NCBI GenBank assembly: GCA_038244585.1
Contig: JBBRTI010000003.1
Location: 1-59,835 of the forward strand
Direction of reading: 5' to 3'
DNA: 59,835 nucleotides
Origin: Candidatus Saccharimonadia bacterium
GTDB taxonomy: Bacteria; Patescibacteriota; Saccharimonadia; UBA4664
The notes under the pieces were generated by a model. The model had not been told where the DNA came from, did no database searches, and worked only from the letters and a program-made list of their open reading frames with translations. Positions 19,245 to 26,814 of this stretch are shown here, in pieces. Both the position numbers and the translations under genes were made by a program. Each line of letters starts with the position of its first letter. Positions within the stretch are counted from its first letter, which is position 1.

Positions 19245-20363
19245 GTGAGTATTATGATGAGCGAAGAAGACACAGCCAAAACGCCTGAGCCTGCCGACGC
19301 GGCAGGTAGTTCGCCATCTCCGGACGTTACATCACCGGCTGCTGACGCCGAGGCAGAGGCTCCGCCGGCAAGCGGCAACGTCCCCCAAGCGGAACCGCTG
19401 TCTGATGGTACGGTTCCGACTGTCCTTGACCCCGGTGCCGGTATACCTACTACTGCCGTAGCCAAAGGCCGCGCTTCGCTGACGGCAGTCTACCGACGCG
19501 CCGATATCATTACCACGCTAGTGACCTTCATCGTCGCCATAGTTGCCGCCGGCGTGGTGTTGGGTGGATACCTCTATCTCACGCGACCAAGTAAACAGGC
19601 TGCCGTCTCCGCTCCCAAAGTCACCACCCTCGACCAAAAGGACTTGGAAAAATTGGGGACTTTCTTTGGCTCAACTGGCGGCGGATCGTCACAGGTTCTG
19701 ACCATTTCCTCATCCACTCTGTTCACTAACCGGGTCGCCATCAATAACGATTTGAAAGTAACTGGCGGCGTCTCGGTGGCCGGCTCTACCAACTTGGGCG
19801 ACCTTACGGTCGACAAGACCTCCACTCTAGGTGTTACCAACGTGCGCGCAGCCCTCAATGTCGCTGGCCCCCTCACCCTGCAAAGCCCGGCTCTCTTAAA
19901 CGGCGGCGCCTCGGCCAAAGGCGACCTGTCGGCCAGCGGCAACGGTACCTTCGGCGGCAGCCTATCGGCCGGCATCATCAACACTCGTGACCTGGCAGTC
20001 ACAGGCAACCTGAACCTCAGCGGGCACCTTATCGTCAACGGCAGCCGACCGGGCATCAGCCTAGGCAGTGAGGCCGGCGGTGGCGCTTCAACTAATATCG
20101 ATGGTAACGACTCGGCCGGGACCGTGTCCGTCAACACGGGATCCGTGTCGTTCGGCGCCACTACCAATGGCGGACTGCTTATCAACGTAATCTTCCACAC
20201 GGCCTACGGACGGGTCCCTCGGGTGCTCATAACCCCAATCGGCCAAAGCTCCGGCGCCCTGCCCTACTACGTCCAGCGCACGGCAACCGGCTTCACTATC
20301 GGCGCCGCATCCGGCATCCACTCCAATACCGGCTATGCCTTCGACTATTGGGTCATTCAATAA
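19245..20363 (+). CDS. Membrane-anchored beta-helical fibre-like protein (paralog of 594..1514)
   Basis: Acidic/Pro-rich N-terminus, one TM, L.V.G repeats, head DGNDSAGTVSVNTG...VLITP...YVQRTATGFTI...FDYWVIQ. The start may be the ATG at 19254. Confidence 0.8.
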   Translation: MSIMMSEEDTAKTPEPADAAGSSPSPDVTSPAADAEAEAPPASGNVPQAEPLSDGTVPTVLDPGAGIPTTAVAKGRASLTAVYRRADIITTLVTFIVAIVAAGVVLGGYLYLTRPSKQAAVSAPKVTTLDQKDLEKLGTFFGSTGGGSSQVLTISSSTLFTNRVAINNDLKVTGGVSVAGSTNLGDLTVDKTSTLGVTNVRAALNVAGPLTLQSPALLNGGASAKGDLSASGNGTFGGSLSAGIINTRDLAVTGNLNLSGHLIVNGSRPGISLGSEAGGGASTNIDGNDSAGTVSVNTGSVSFGATTNGGLLINVIFHTAYGRVPRVLITPIGQSSGALPYYVQRTATGFTIGAASGIHSNTGYAFDYWVIQ

Positions 20364-20754
20364 CTTGTGACTTGGTAAGGCGTAAATATCATGTCATACC
20401 CGTCAAGTCTTGACTCCGTTGACAGGCACGGAACCGGCGACGCTACTTTTATGCATTTTTTGGTGGTTTTTATTGATAGGTTGGTTCGTTAGGGGGTTGG
20501 GTTTTTCCTTCGTGGGAGATGTGTTTTGAGCGATGATCGGCCGGTTCTTTATTCCGAGGTTCGTATTGAGTCCTGGGGCTGTGAAGGATTAGGCGAGGCT
20601 GGTGGATTATGGTCCATCCGCACCTCCGGGTTACCCAAAATGTTATTTTCAATTTGCCTTACTCCCGGGCCGCATGACGGGTCGGCAGTCGGGTCGAGAT
20701 AAGTAAATAGACAAATTGGTACAATCAGCAAAGTGTCTTTGTGTGACAGTATTT

Positions 20755-20780
20755 AAAAAAATCACCGCTAGGGCGGTGAT
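20755..20780 (-). terminator. rplU terminator
   Basis: ATCACCGC / GCGGTGAT stem followed by a T run on the minus strand. Confidence 0.8.
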
Positions 20781-20785
20781 TGTAA

Positions 20786-21085
20786 TTAGGCGATCTTGGT
20801 TATCTTAACCTGAGTGTACTTCTGACGGTGGCCGGTGAGGCGCTTAACGCGCTTCTTAGCCTTGAATTTCATGATCTTGAGCTTGTCACCCTTAACCTCA
20901 TCAATCAGTTCGGCATGAACCTTGATCTTATCGACCAACGGCGTGCCGATGCTGACGTTGCTACCCTCGAAGGTCATGAGGGCGTCGAACTCAAACTTCT
21001 TGACATCGCCTAAAAGTTCCAGATCAACGATATCTCCTGCCTTAACTATGTACTGCTTCCCGCCGGAAGCGATAACTGCTTGCAT
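20786..21085 (-). CDS. rplU: 50S ribosomal protein L21
   Basis: MQAVIASGGKQY.V..GD ... KR..GHRQ.YT.VKI. AAGGAG SD upstream. Confidence 0.97.
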   Translation of the reverse strand: MQAVIASGGKQYIVKAGDIVDLELLGDVKKFEFDALMTFEGSNVSIGTPLVDKIKVHAELIDEVKGDKLKIMKFKAKKRVKRLTGHRQKYTQVKITKIA

Positions 21086-21154
21086 GTAAGCTCCTTGTAA
21101 GCCTGGGTCTAGCAGGCGTGCTTGTTAGTTTGCGTAACCAAACGATAATAACAG

Positions 21155-21185
21155 AAAAACCCCCTCATGGCAACGCCTGGGGGTT
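21155..21185 (-). terminator. Terminator after the displaced rodA-like 3' end
   Basis: AACCCCC / GGGGGTT stem followed by TTTTT on the minus strand. Confidence 0.65.
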
Positions 21186-21192
21186 AGTTGCC

Positions 21193-21211
21193 GAACTGCA
21201 GCTTCTTGCGC
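21193..21211. repeat. 19-bp direct repeat, copy 1 (GAACTGCAGCTTCTTGCGC)
   Basis: Identical to 21910..21928. On the minus strand it encodes RKKLQF, followed by GN and a TAA stop. Confidence 0.9.
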
Positions 21212-21226
21212 TTGTTGCGATATTTG

Positions 21227-21877
21227 CTAATCGCGGATATTGCTCAGATAGCGTTTTATATCGTCCCGTCGCTGGGCGTATACGAATGGCGATGCAGCTT
21301 TGATGATGCGCGCCCAGCGCTCACCCACTGCCAACTCATCCCTCCAATGGCTCCGGGACATATTAAATTTGACGAACGCGTATGCTTCGGTAGCGACCAC
21401 ATCAGGCGGAAGGCTGCCAAACGTCAAGGTAGCACCACCGCCTTGTGCGAACGCCTTAATGGCGGTTCGCGGAAATCCCGATAGTTCGCCATGAAGCACT
21501 CCATCCTTCGGGTAGCCTTTAGGATCGGACCATAGTTTCTCCATGAGAAGTAAATTCTCCGGGTTAATCGCTAAACGATATACGATGCGCTCTACGAACG
21601 TTGGGGGAGCATCACTCACCTGGATTATCGCCGGTCCCAAAGGACTAAACAGGACGCCCAGTAAAGTTAGAAAGGTTTCCAGTTGTACAATTCTTAAGGA
21701 ATCGATTGGATTAACCAGCTGTTCGCTCCTACCACTCTCTGAAAACAGCTGCCATTCTACCCCCCGCTTCTCACCTGCCAAGAGCAGGATGAGGTCGAAT
21801 TTTTCATCGGTCAAGTACGAATCCGGTAAGAGCGGCCTATAGGCTTCGATAATATGGCCAGTGTCTTCAGATACCAT
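21227..21877 (-). CDS. Hypothetical protein (cargo between the direct repeats)
   Basis: 221-aa ORF in the track. The ATG at 21877 has an AAGGA SD. Contains HG.LSGFP.TA..AF and F..S..HW..E...W motifs. Function unknown. Confidence 0.75.
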   Translation of the reverse strand: MVSEDTGHIIEAYRPLLPDSYLTDEKFDLILLLAGEKRGVEWQLFSESGRSEQLVNPIDSLRIVQLETFLTLLGVLFSPLGPAIIQVSDAPPTFVERIVYRLAINPENLLLMEKLWSDPKGYPKDGVLHGELSGFPRTAIKAFAQGGGATLTFGSLPPDVVATEAYAFVKFNMSRSHWRDELAVGERWARIIKAASPFVYAQRRDDIKRYLSNIRD

Positions 21878-21900
21878 GTTACGTCCTTCCATATGTTTGA

Positions 21901-23025
21901 TTATCCTCTGAACTGCAGCTTCTTGCGCCGGATGGCAATACTTTCGAGCAAGCCGATGGCCAGCATGGCCACAATCAGCGAGGTACCGCCGTAGCTGACG
22001 AACGGCAACGGAATACCAGTAACGGGCGCAATCCCGATGTTCATGCCGACGTTTATAAAGAAATGGAACAGCAGCATGGAGACTACGCCGGTCGCGATGA
22101 ACATCCCGAACCGGTCCTGAGCGCGATTGGCTATTATCAGTCCGCGAATCATCAGGCCGCCGAACAGCAGCACCACCAGACCCGAACCGACAAAGCCCAT
22201 CTTCTCACTCAATACGGCAAAGATGAAGTCAGTGTGCTGGGCTAGGCTGGGCAGGAAGTTCAGTTGCGTCTGCGAGCCGGCCGCCAGTCCCCGACCAAAC
22301 AACTGGCCGCTCCCGACGGTGATGGTGGATTGTACTACGTTATAACCGGTATGGAGCGGGTCGGCGGCCGGGTCGAGGAACGTTACTAGGCGAGCCTTTT
22401 GGAACGGCTTAAGCAAAGCGTATCCGACAGGTGCCAGGGCAACAGCGGCGGCAACCAGCCCAATAAGATAAAACTTGCGAATGCGTGACACCAGCGTCAT
22501 CCCGAGCCAAATAACAATCAGAACCAGCGTTGAACCAAGATCCGGTTCCTTAAACGTTAATATGACCGGTAAGGCTAAATACGCCACCGAAATCAAAAAA
22601 AACTTCGGCCGCTCCAGCTGATCATAATTTTCGGCATACAGCTTCGCTAGGACGACAATGAGTGCCAATTTCATCAGCTCGCTGGGCTGGAATTGGAAGA
22701 ATCCCAGGTCTATCCAGCGTTTTGCGCCCAAGACGGGCCGCGCAAACATTTCCACCCCCACCAGCATCAAAATCGAGCCGCCGTAAAGCCAATTGACCAT
22801 CTTGCCCCACATGCGGTAGTCGACGCGGGACATCATTACCAACCCCACGAGCCCGATAATAGCGAAGATGCCTTGGTGCACCGCCTCGCTCGAGCTGACC
22901 AGCGACGTGGCTTTAAAGGATGTCGAATAGATGACGATAAGCCCGACGGTCGTCAGGAGAGCCATGATACCGAAGAGTACCCAGTCGAAATTTTTCCAGA
23001 AGCGGCTTTGAAGCACTAGGCCCAC
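21901..23025 (-). CDS. rodA: Rod shape-determining SEDS protein RodA
   Basis: GAKRWIDLG.FQFQPSELMK, EPDLGS, QS.I.VGSG..FGRG, HTDFIF..L.E..G, GIAPVTGIPLPFVSYGGTS. Confidence 0.9.
   Translation of the reverse strand: MGLVLQSRFWKNFDWVLFGIMALLTTVGLIVIYSTSFKATSLVSSSEAVHQGIFAIIGLVGLVMMSRVDYRMWGKMVNWLYGGSILMLVGVEMFARPVLGAKRWIDLGFFQFQPSELMKLALIVVLAKLYAENYDQLERPKFFLISVAYLALPVILTFKEPDLGSTLVLIVIWLGMTLVSRIRKFYLIGLVAAAVALAPVGYALLKPFQKARLVTFLDPAADPLHTGYNVVQSTITVGSGQLFGRGLAAGSQTQLNFLPSLAQHTDFIFAVLSEKMGFVGSGLVVLLFGGLMIRGLIIANRAQDRFGMFIATGVVSMLLFHFFINVGMNIGIAPVTGIPLPFVSYGGTSLIVAMLAIGLLESIAIRRKKLQFRG
21910..21928. repeat. 19-bp direct repeat, copy 2, inside the rodA 3' end
   Basis: Identical to 21193..21211. 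Confidence 0.9.
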
Positions 23026-23081
23026 ACGTCAGTTACTCCCCCATCTTACCGTAAAGCCGAAGCTTTTTGAATGAATGTGAG

Positions 23082-25973
23082 TTAGGCCTTTACGACGTCG
23101 ATGGTCAGATTCATGCCGCCGAGGCGGACTGGAATCAGGTCCGGGTTGGCTCCGCCCGTTTTGAGCTCTGTCGCCAGGGTCTCGGCCATGATAGTCAGTT
23201 TGTGGGCGGTGATGGCCGCATCCAAATCATTACCCGGCTCGGCCTGCAGCGTCAAAACGATACGGTCGTCCACGTCCAGTCCCGCGCTCTTACGGGCGGA
23301 CTGAACCTGCCTGACGATGTCGCGCATCAGGCCTTCGGCTTTCAATTCCGGCGTGAGCGACGTATCCAGTTTGACTTTTCCCACCTTAATCCAGACCACC
23401 TCTTTGACGTTGACCTCGTCGCCGATAATAGAAGAGTAGGCTTGGTTGAGCGCCGGGACTTCAACGCTGGCCAGCGGCTGCCGCACCTTGATGCCGGCCT
23501 CAGCGCGCTGTGACAGCGCGGTATTGATGTAGTTGCGTGCTTGCTGCATCTCATCCAAGACGGCCTGATCAGCCTTCACTGCTTGGGGCCAATCACTCAA
23601 ATGGACGCTGACCGCCTCATCCATATCCTCGGTCAAACCACGCCACAGCTTATCCGCCACGAACGGGCTCCAGGGAGCCAACAGTTGTGCGATACGGCAC
23701 AACGAGTAATGCAGCGTAGCGTAGGCCGAGGCCTTGTCGCCGTCGTCTTCGCTCTTCCAGAACCGGCGGCGGCTGCGGCGGACATACCAGTTACTAAGGT
23801 CTTCGACCAGTGCGCGCAACGGACGCAGCGCCCGGGCCAGCTGATACTGATCGGCGGCCGCAGTCATCTCAATGATGGTCTCATCCAACCGGGCCAACAG
23901 CCACTGATCCAGCAGGTTGTCGCTGGCCGGCCGCTCCAGTTTACGCGTCGGCTCCCACTTGTCGATTTCGGCGTACATGCTCAGAAAGCTATAAGAGTTC
24001 CACAGCGTTCCGAAAACATTGCGCTGGATATCGCGCATGGCGTCGCGGGAAAAACGCATGTAGTCGGCGCCTACGGCCTGGTCGTTGCCCAAAAGATAAA
24101 ACCGCAGAGTATCGGCGCCTTCGATGGCAAAGACGTCCTCCACCGGCGGGTAGTTCTTGAGGCGTTTTGAGAGCTTCTGGCCGTCGGCTGCCATGACCAT
24201 GCCGTTGACGAGAACATTCTTATAGGCGGGGCGGTCAAAGACGATAGTGGAGAGGACGTGCTGGACATAGAACCACAAACGCGTCTGGTCCAGGCCCTCG
24301 CCGATGTAGTCGGCTGGGAAACTGGTCTCAAAGACTTCTTTATTCTCAAAGGGATAGTGCAGTTGTGCCGCCGGCATGGAGCCGGACTCGAACCAGCAGT
24401 CAAAGACCTCGTCGATGCGCTTGTAGGTCTTGCCATCGCGCTCAATTACCACATTGTCGATGCTGGGCCGGTGCAGATCTTCAGGCTTGACGTCCAGACC
24501 CGCGAGGTTTACGAGCTCGTCCAGGCTGCTCACGATAATGTTGTCATCGGGGTCGTCGATGTTGGACCAAATCGGCATGGGTGCGCCCCAGTAACGGTTG
24601 CGGCTGATAGCCCAGTCGCGGGCGCCTTCCAGCCACTTGCCGAAGCGGCCGTTCTTAATATTTGTCGGGCTCCAGGTGATTTCTTCGGCAGTTTTGAGCA
24701 TCTGCTCGCGGATAGCTGAAACCTTAACGAACCAGGTCGAGATGGCGTAGTACAGCAGCGGCGTTTCGCAGCGGTAGCAAAAGGGATAAGTATGGGTAAA
24801 GGTCTCGGCCAAGAACACCTTGCCCTGCTCGGACAAGTGTTCAATTATCAGGCGGTCGGCACTCTTGAAGAACTTATCGCGTACGTCCTCAAGCTCGACG
24901 TCATCAGTGATATGGCCGTTCGGTTTGACCGTGTTGAGTACCGGAATATCATGCTCCAGGCTCAGATTGAGGTCGTCCTCGCCGAAAGCAGGCGCCACGT
25001 GGAGCAAGCCGGAACCATCGTCTATAGAAACGATATTGGTGGCCCAGACCTTGAAGAGGTTCTTTTTGTTCTCCGTCTCAACGGCTGCCGACGGCTGCTT
25101 GAACAACGGTTCGTAGGCCTTACCTGCGAGCTCTGCGGCACTGACCTCTTTGATGACTTCGTATTCCGCCTTCAGCGACGCCAAGCGTGCCTTGGCCAGA
25201 ACCAGGGTTTCGGATGTGCCGTCGTCGTTTTTTACCGCGGCGTAAACGTAAGTAGCGTCCGGATTGACCGCCAGGGCGGCGTTTCCGGGCAAGCTCCATG
25301 GCGTCGTTGTCCAGCCCAACAGGCTGGCATCTTCATCGACTAATTTGAATTTCACATACAGGCTGGGGTCAGGCACGTCGTCCTTGTAGCCCTCGTTGAC
25401 CTCAAAGTTGGACAGCGGCGTCTCGCAGCGTGGACAGTACGGCATACTTTTGAAGCCGCGGTACAGCAGGCCTTTGGCGTTGACCTGGCCCAGCATCCAC
25501 CACACGCTCTCGGTATAATCGCGGTCGATGGTGGCGTAGGCGTGTTCCGTATCCGTCCAGCGGCCGGCGCGGCGGAAGAACTCTTCCCATTCGCCTTTGT
25601 ATTTAAAGACGCTGGCGCGGCAGGCGTCGTTGAACTTCTGCAACCCCAGCTCTAAGATCTGCTTCTTGCCGCTGACACCAAGTTGCTTCTCGATGGTGAA
25701 CTCAACGGGCAGGCCGTGACAGTCCCAACCGTTGCGGCGCTCCACGTAAAATCCCTGCATGGTCTTATAACGGCCCAAGGCGTCTTTGATACTCGTCACC
25801 AGGGTGTGGCCGAAATGAGGCTGGCCGTTGGCAAAAGGCGGGCCGTCGTAAAAGCTGAATCGCTTGGCGTTGGCCCGGCCCGCGAGGCTTTTGTTGAACG
25901 TGTCTTCATCGGCCCAGACGCGCAACATCTCGGCTTCGAATTCGGGGAAATTGGCTTGGGGGGCTTTCTTCAT
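23082..25973 (-). CDS. ileS: Isoleucyl-tRNA synthetase, type 2
   Basis: FYDGPPFANGQPHFGH, GWDCHGLPVE, WTTTPWSLPGN, DWAISRNRYWG, KLSKRLKNY. I placed the start at MKKAPQ, downstream of the T-box. Confidence 0.97.
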   Translation of the reverse strand: MKKAPQANFPEFEAEMLRVWADEDTFNKSLAGRANAKRFSFYDGPPFANGQPHFGHTLVTSIKDALGRYKTMQGFYVERRNGWDCHGLPVEFTIEKQLGVSGKKQILELGLQKFNDACRASVFKYKGEWEEFFRRAGRWTDTEHAYATIDRDYTESVWWMLGQVNAKGLLYRGFKSMPYCPRCETPLSNFEVNEGYKDDVPDPSLYVKFKLVDEDASLLGWTTTPWSLPGNAALAVNPDATYVYAAVKNDDGTSETLVLAKARLASLKAEYEVIKEVSAAELAGKAYEPLFKQPSAAVETENKKNLFKVWATNIVSIDDGSGLLHVAPAFGEDDLNLSLEHDIPVLNTVKPNGHITDDVELEDVRDKFFKSADRLIIEHLSEQGKVFLAETFTHTYPFCYRCETPLLYYAISTWFVKVSAIREQMLKTAEEITWSPTNIKNGRFGKWLEGARDWAISRNRYWGAPMPIWSNIDDPDDNIIVSSLDELVNLAGLDVKPEDLHRPSIDNVVIERDGKTYKRIDEVFDCWFESGSMPAAQLHYPFENKEVFETSFPADYIGEGLDQTRLWFYVQHVLSTIVFDRPAYKNVLVNGMVMAADGQKLSKRLKNYPPVEDVFAIEGADTLRFYLLGNDQAVGADYMRFSRDAMRDIQRNVFGTLWNSYSFLSMYAEIDKWEPTRKLERPASDNLLDQWLLARLDETIIEMTAAADQYQLARALRPLRALVEDLSNWYVRRSRRRFWKSEDDGDKASAYATLHYSLCRIAQLLAPWSPFVADKLWRGLTEDMDEAVSVHLSDWPQAVKADQAVLDEMQQARNYINTALSQRAEAGIKVRQPLASVEVPALNQAYSSIIGDEVNVKEVVWIKVGKVKLDTSLTPELKAEGLMRDIVRQVQSARKSAGLDVDDRIVLTLQAEPGNDLDAAITAHKLTIMAETLATELKTGGANPDLIPVRLGGMNLTIDVVKA

Positions 25974-25986
25974 GGTTGTCTCCGTA

Positions 25987-26190
25987 AATAAAAAATCCAT
26001 CTTGATCTGCAGGGACCGATAGCTCGGCGGTACCACCCTGCTTTCCAGATGGACACTTCGTTACAGCTGCTGTCGTGAGCCTTCAACGTCGGAGTCTAGT
26101 TTACGCGCGTGGCGCGATTTCTTTCCGCTGCTTCGCGGTTGATAGCCGCTAATCCGAAGATCCGGAACGCATTGCCAAGTTGTAGAGCCT
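25987..26190 (-). promoter_or_regulatory. T-box riboswitch with Ile (AUC) specifier
   Basis: AGCAGGGTGGTACCGC at 26025-26043, GAA-ATC specifier at 26116-26118, GCAGGG/CCCTGC and CCATCT/AGATGG terminator stems followed by ATTTTTTATTT. Lies directly upstream of ileS. Confidence 0.88.
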
Positions 26191-26204
26191 ATTATGAACC
26201 TAAA

Positions 26205-26465
26205 TTATACTCCGAGCAACTGATGAACCAGGTATTGGGCCAGCCGAAGTGCGAAAAAGGTTACCAGCGGTGCCAGGTCCAGTCCTGGCGTCTGCGGCAG
26301 CACACGTCGGAAAGGCATGACAACCGGTTCAGTCACGGCCACGAGGCTGGTGAAAAATCTGCCACCGGGTTGAACGATGTAGCTAGCGATGACCCGGACA
26401 ATCAATAGGAAGGTGAAAACTAAAACAAATAGATCCGTGAAGATCGAGGCAACAGTAACCAGCAC
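26205..26465 (-). CDS. yggT: YggT family membrane protein
   Basis: LIVRVIASY...VTEPV..P.RR.LP...GLDLAPLV. Confidence 0.9.
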   Translation of the reverse strand: MLVTVASIFTDLFVLVFTFLLIVRVIASYIVQPGGRFFTSLVAVTEPVVMPFRRVLPQTPGLDLAPLVTFFALRLAQYLVHQLLGV

Positions 26466-26728
26466 TACGCCCGATCCCGATACGCCAGGTCACCGACCGA
26501 CGGGAACCGGTCCTCCTCCGTCCATACTTCGAGCGCCCCGCCATCGTGGCTGGTCAGAATAATTGCCGGGCGAGCCAGAATATCGTAATCCGTGGCAACT
26601 GCGATACCACGAGGGGTATCCGCATCCACCAGCTCGAAATTAACCTTGGACTGTTCCAGCCTAGCACCCAAATCAGCCATCTTACGTTCCGCTGCCGTCG
26701 CCTTATTGAAGAGAAGATATACCGTCAT
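26465..26728 (-). CDS. Small thioredoxin-like-fold hypothetical protein (no CxxC)
   Basis: VDADTPRG...YDIL.RPAIIL...G. Coupled to yggT (TAGTG overlap). TATACT lies 7 nt upstream of the ATG. Confidence 0.7.
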   Translation of the reverse strand: MTVYLLFNKATAAERKMADLGARLEQSKVNFELVDADTPRGIAVATDYDILARPAIILTSHDGGALEVWTEEDRFPSVGDLAYRDRA

Positions 26729-26745
26729 TACATTGAGTATACAAC

Positions 26746-26795
26746 AAAAGAAAGGGGCCGGCCGCAGAGTACCCTAAGGTACCCCGCAGCCGGCC
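26746..26795 (-). terminator. nrdJ terminator
   Basis: Long GC-rich stem (GGCCGGC...GCCGGCC) followed by TTTCTTTT on the minus strand. Confidence 0.7.
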
Positions 26796-26814
26796 AGTGT
26801 GCGAACAGAATCGG

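Noticed and set aside
20400-20450. IscB/TnpB omega-RNA or IS end suggested by GTCAAG/TTGAC
   Set aside because: No further omega-RNA consensus and no nuclease or transposase ORF nearby.
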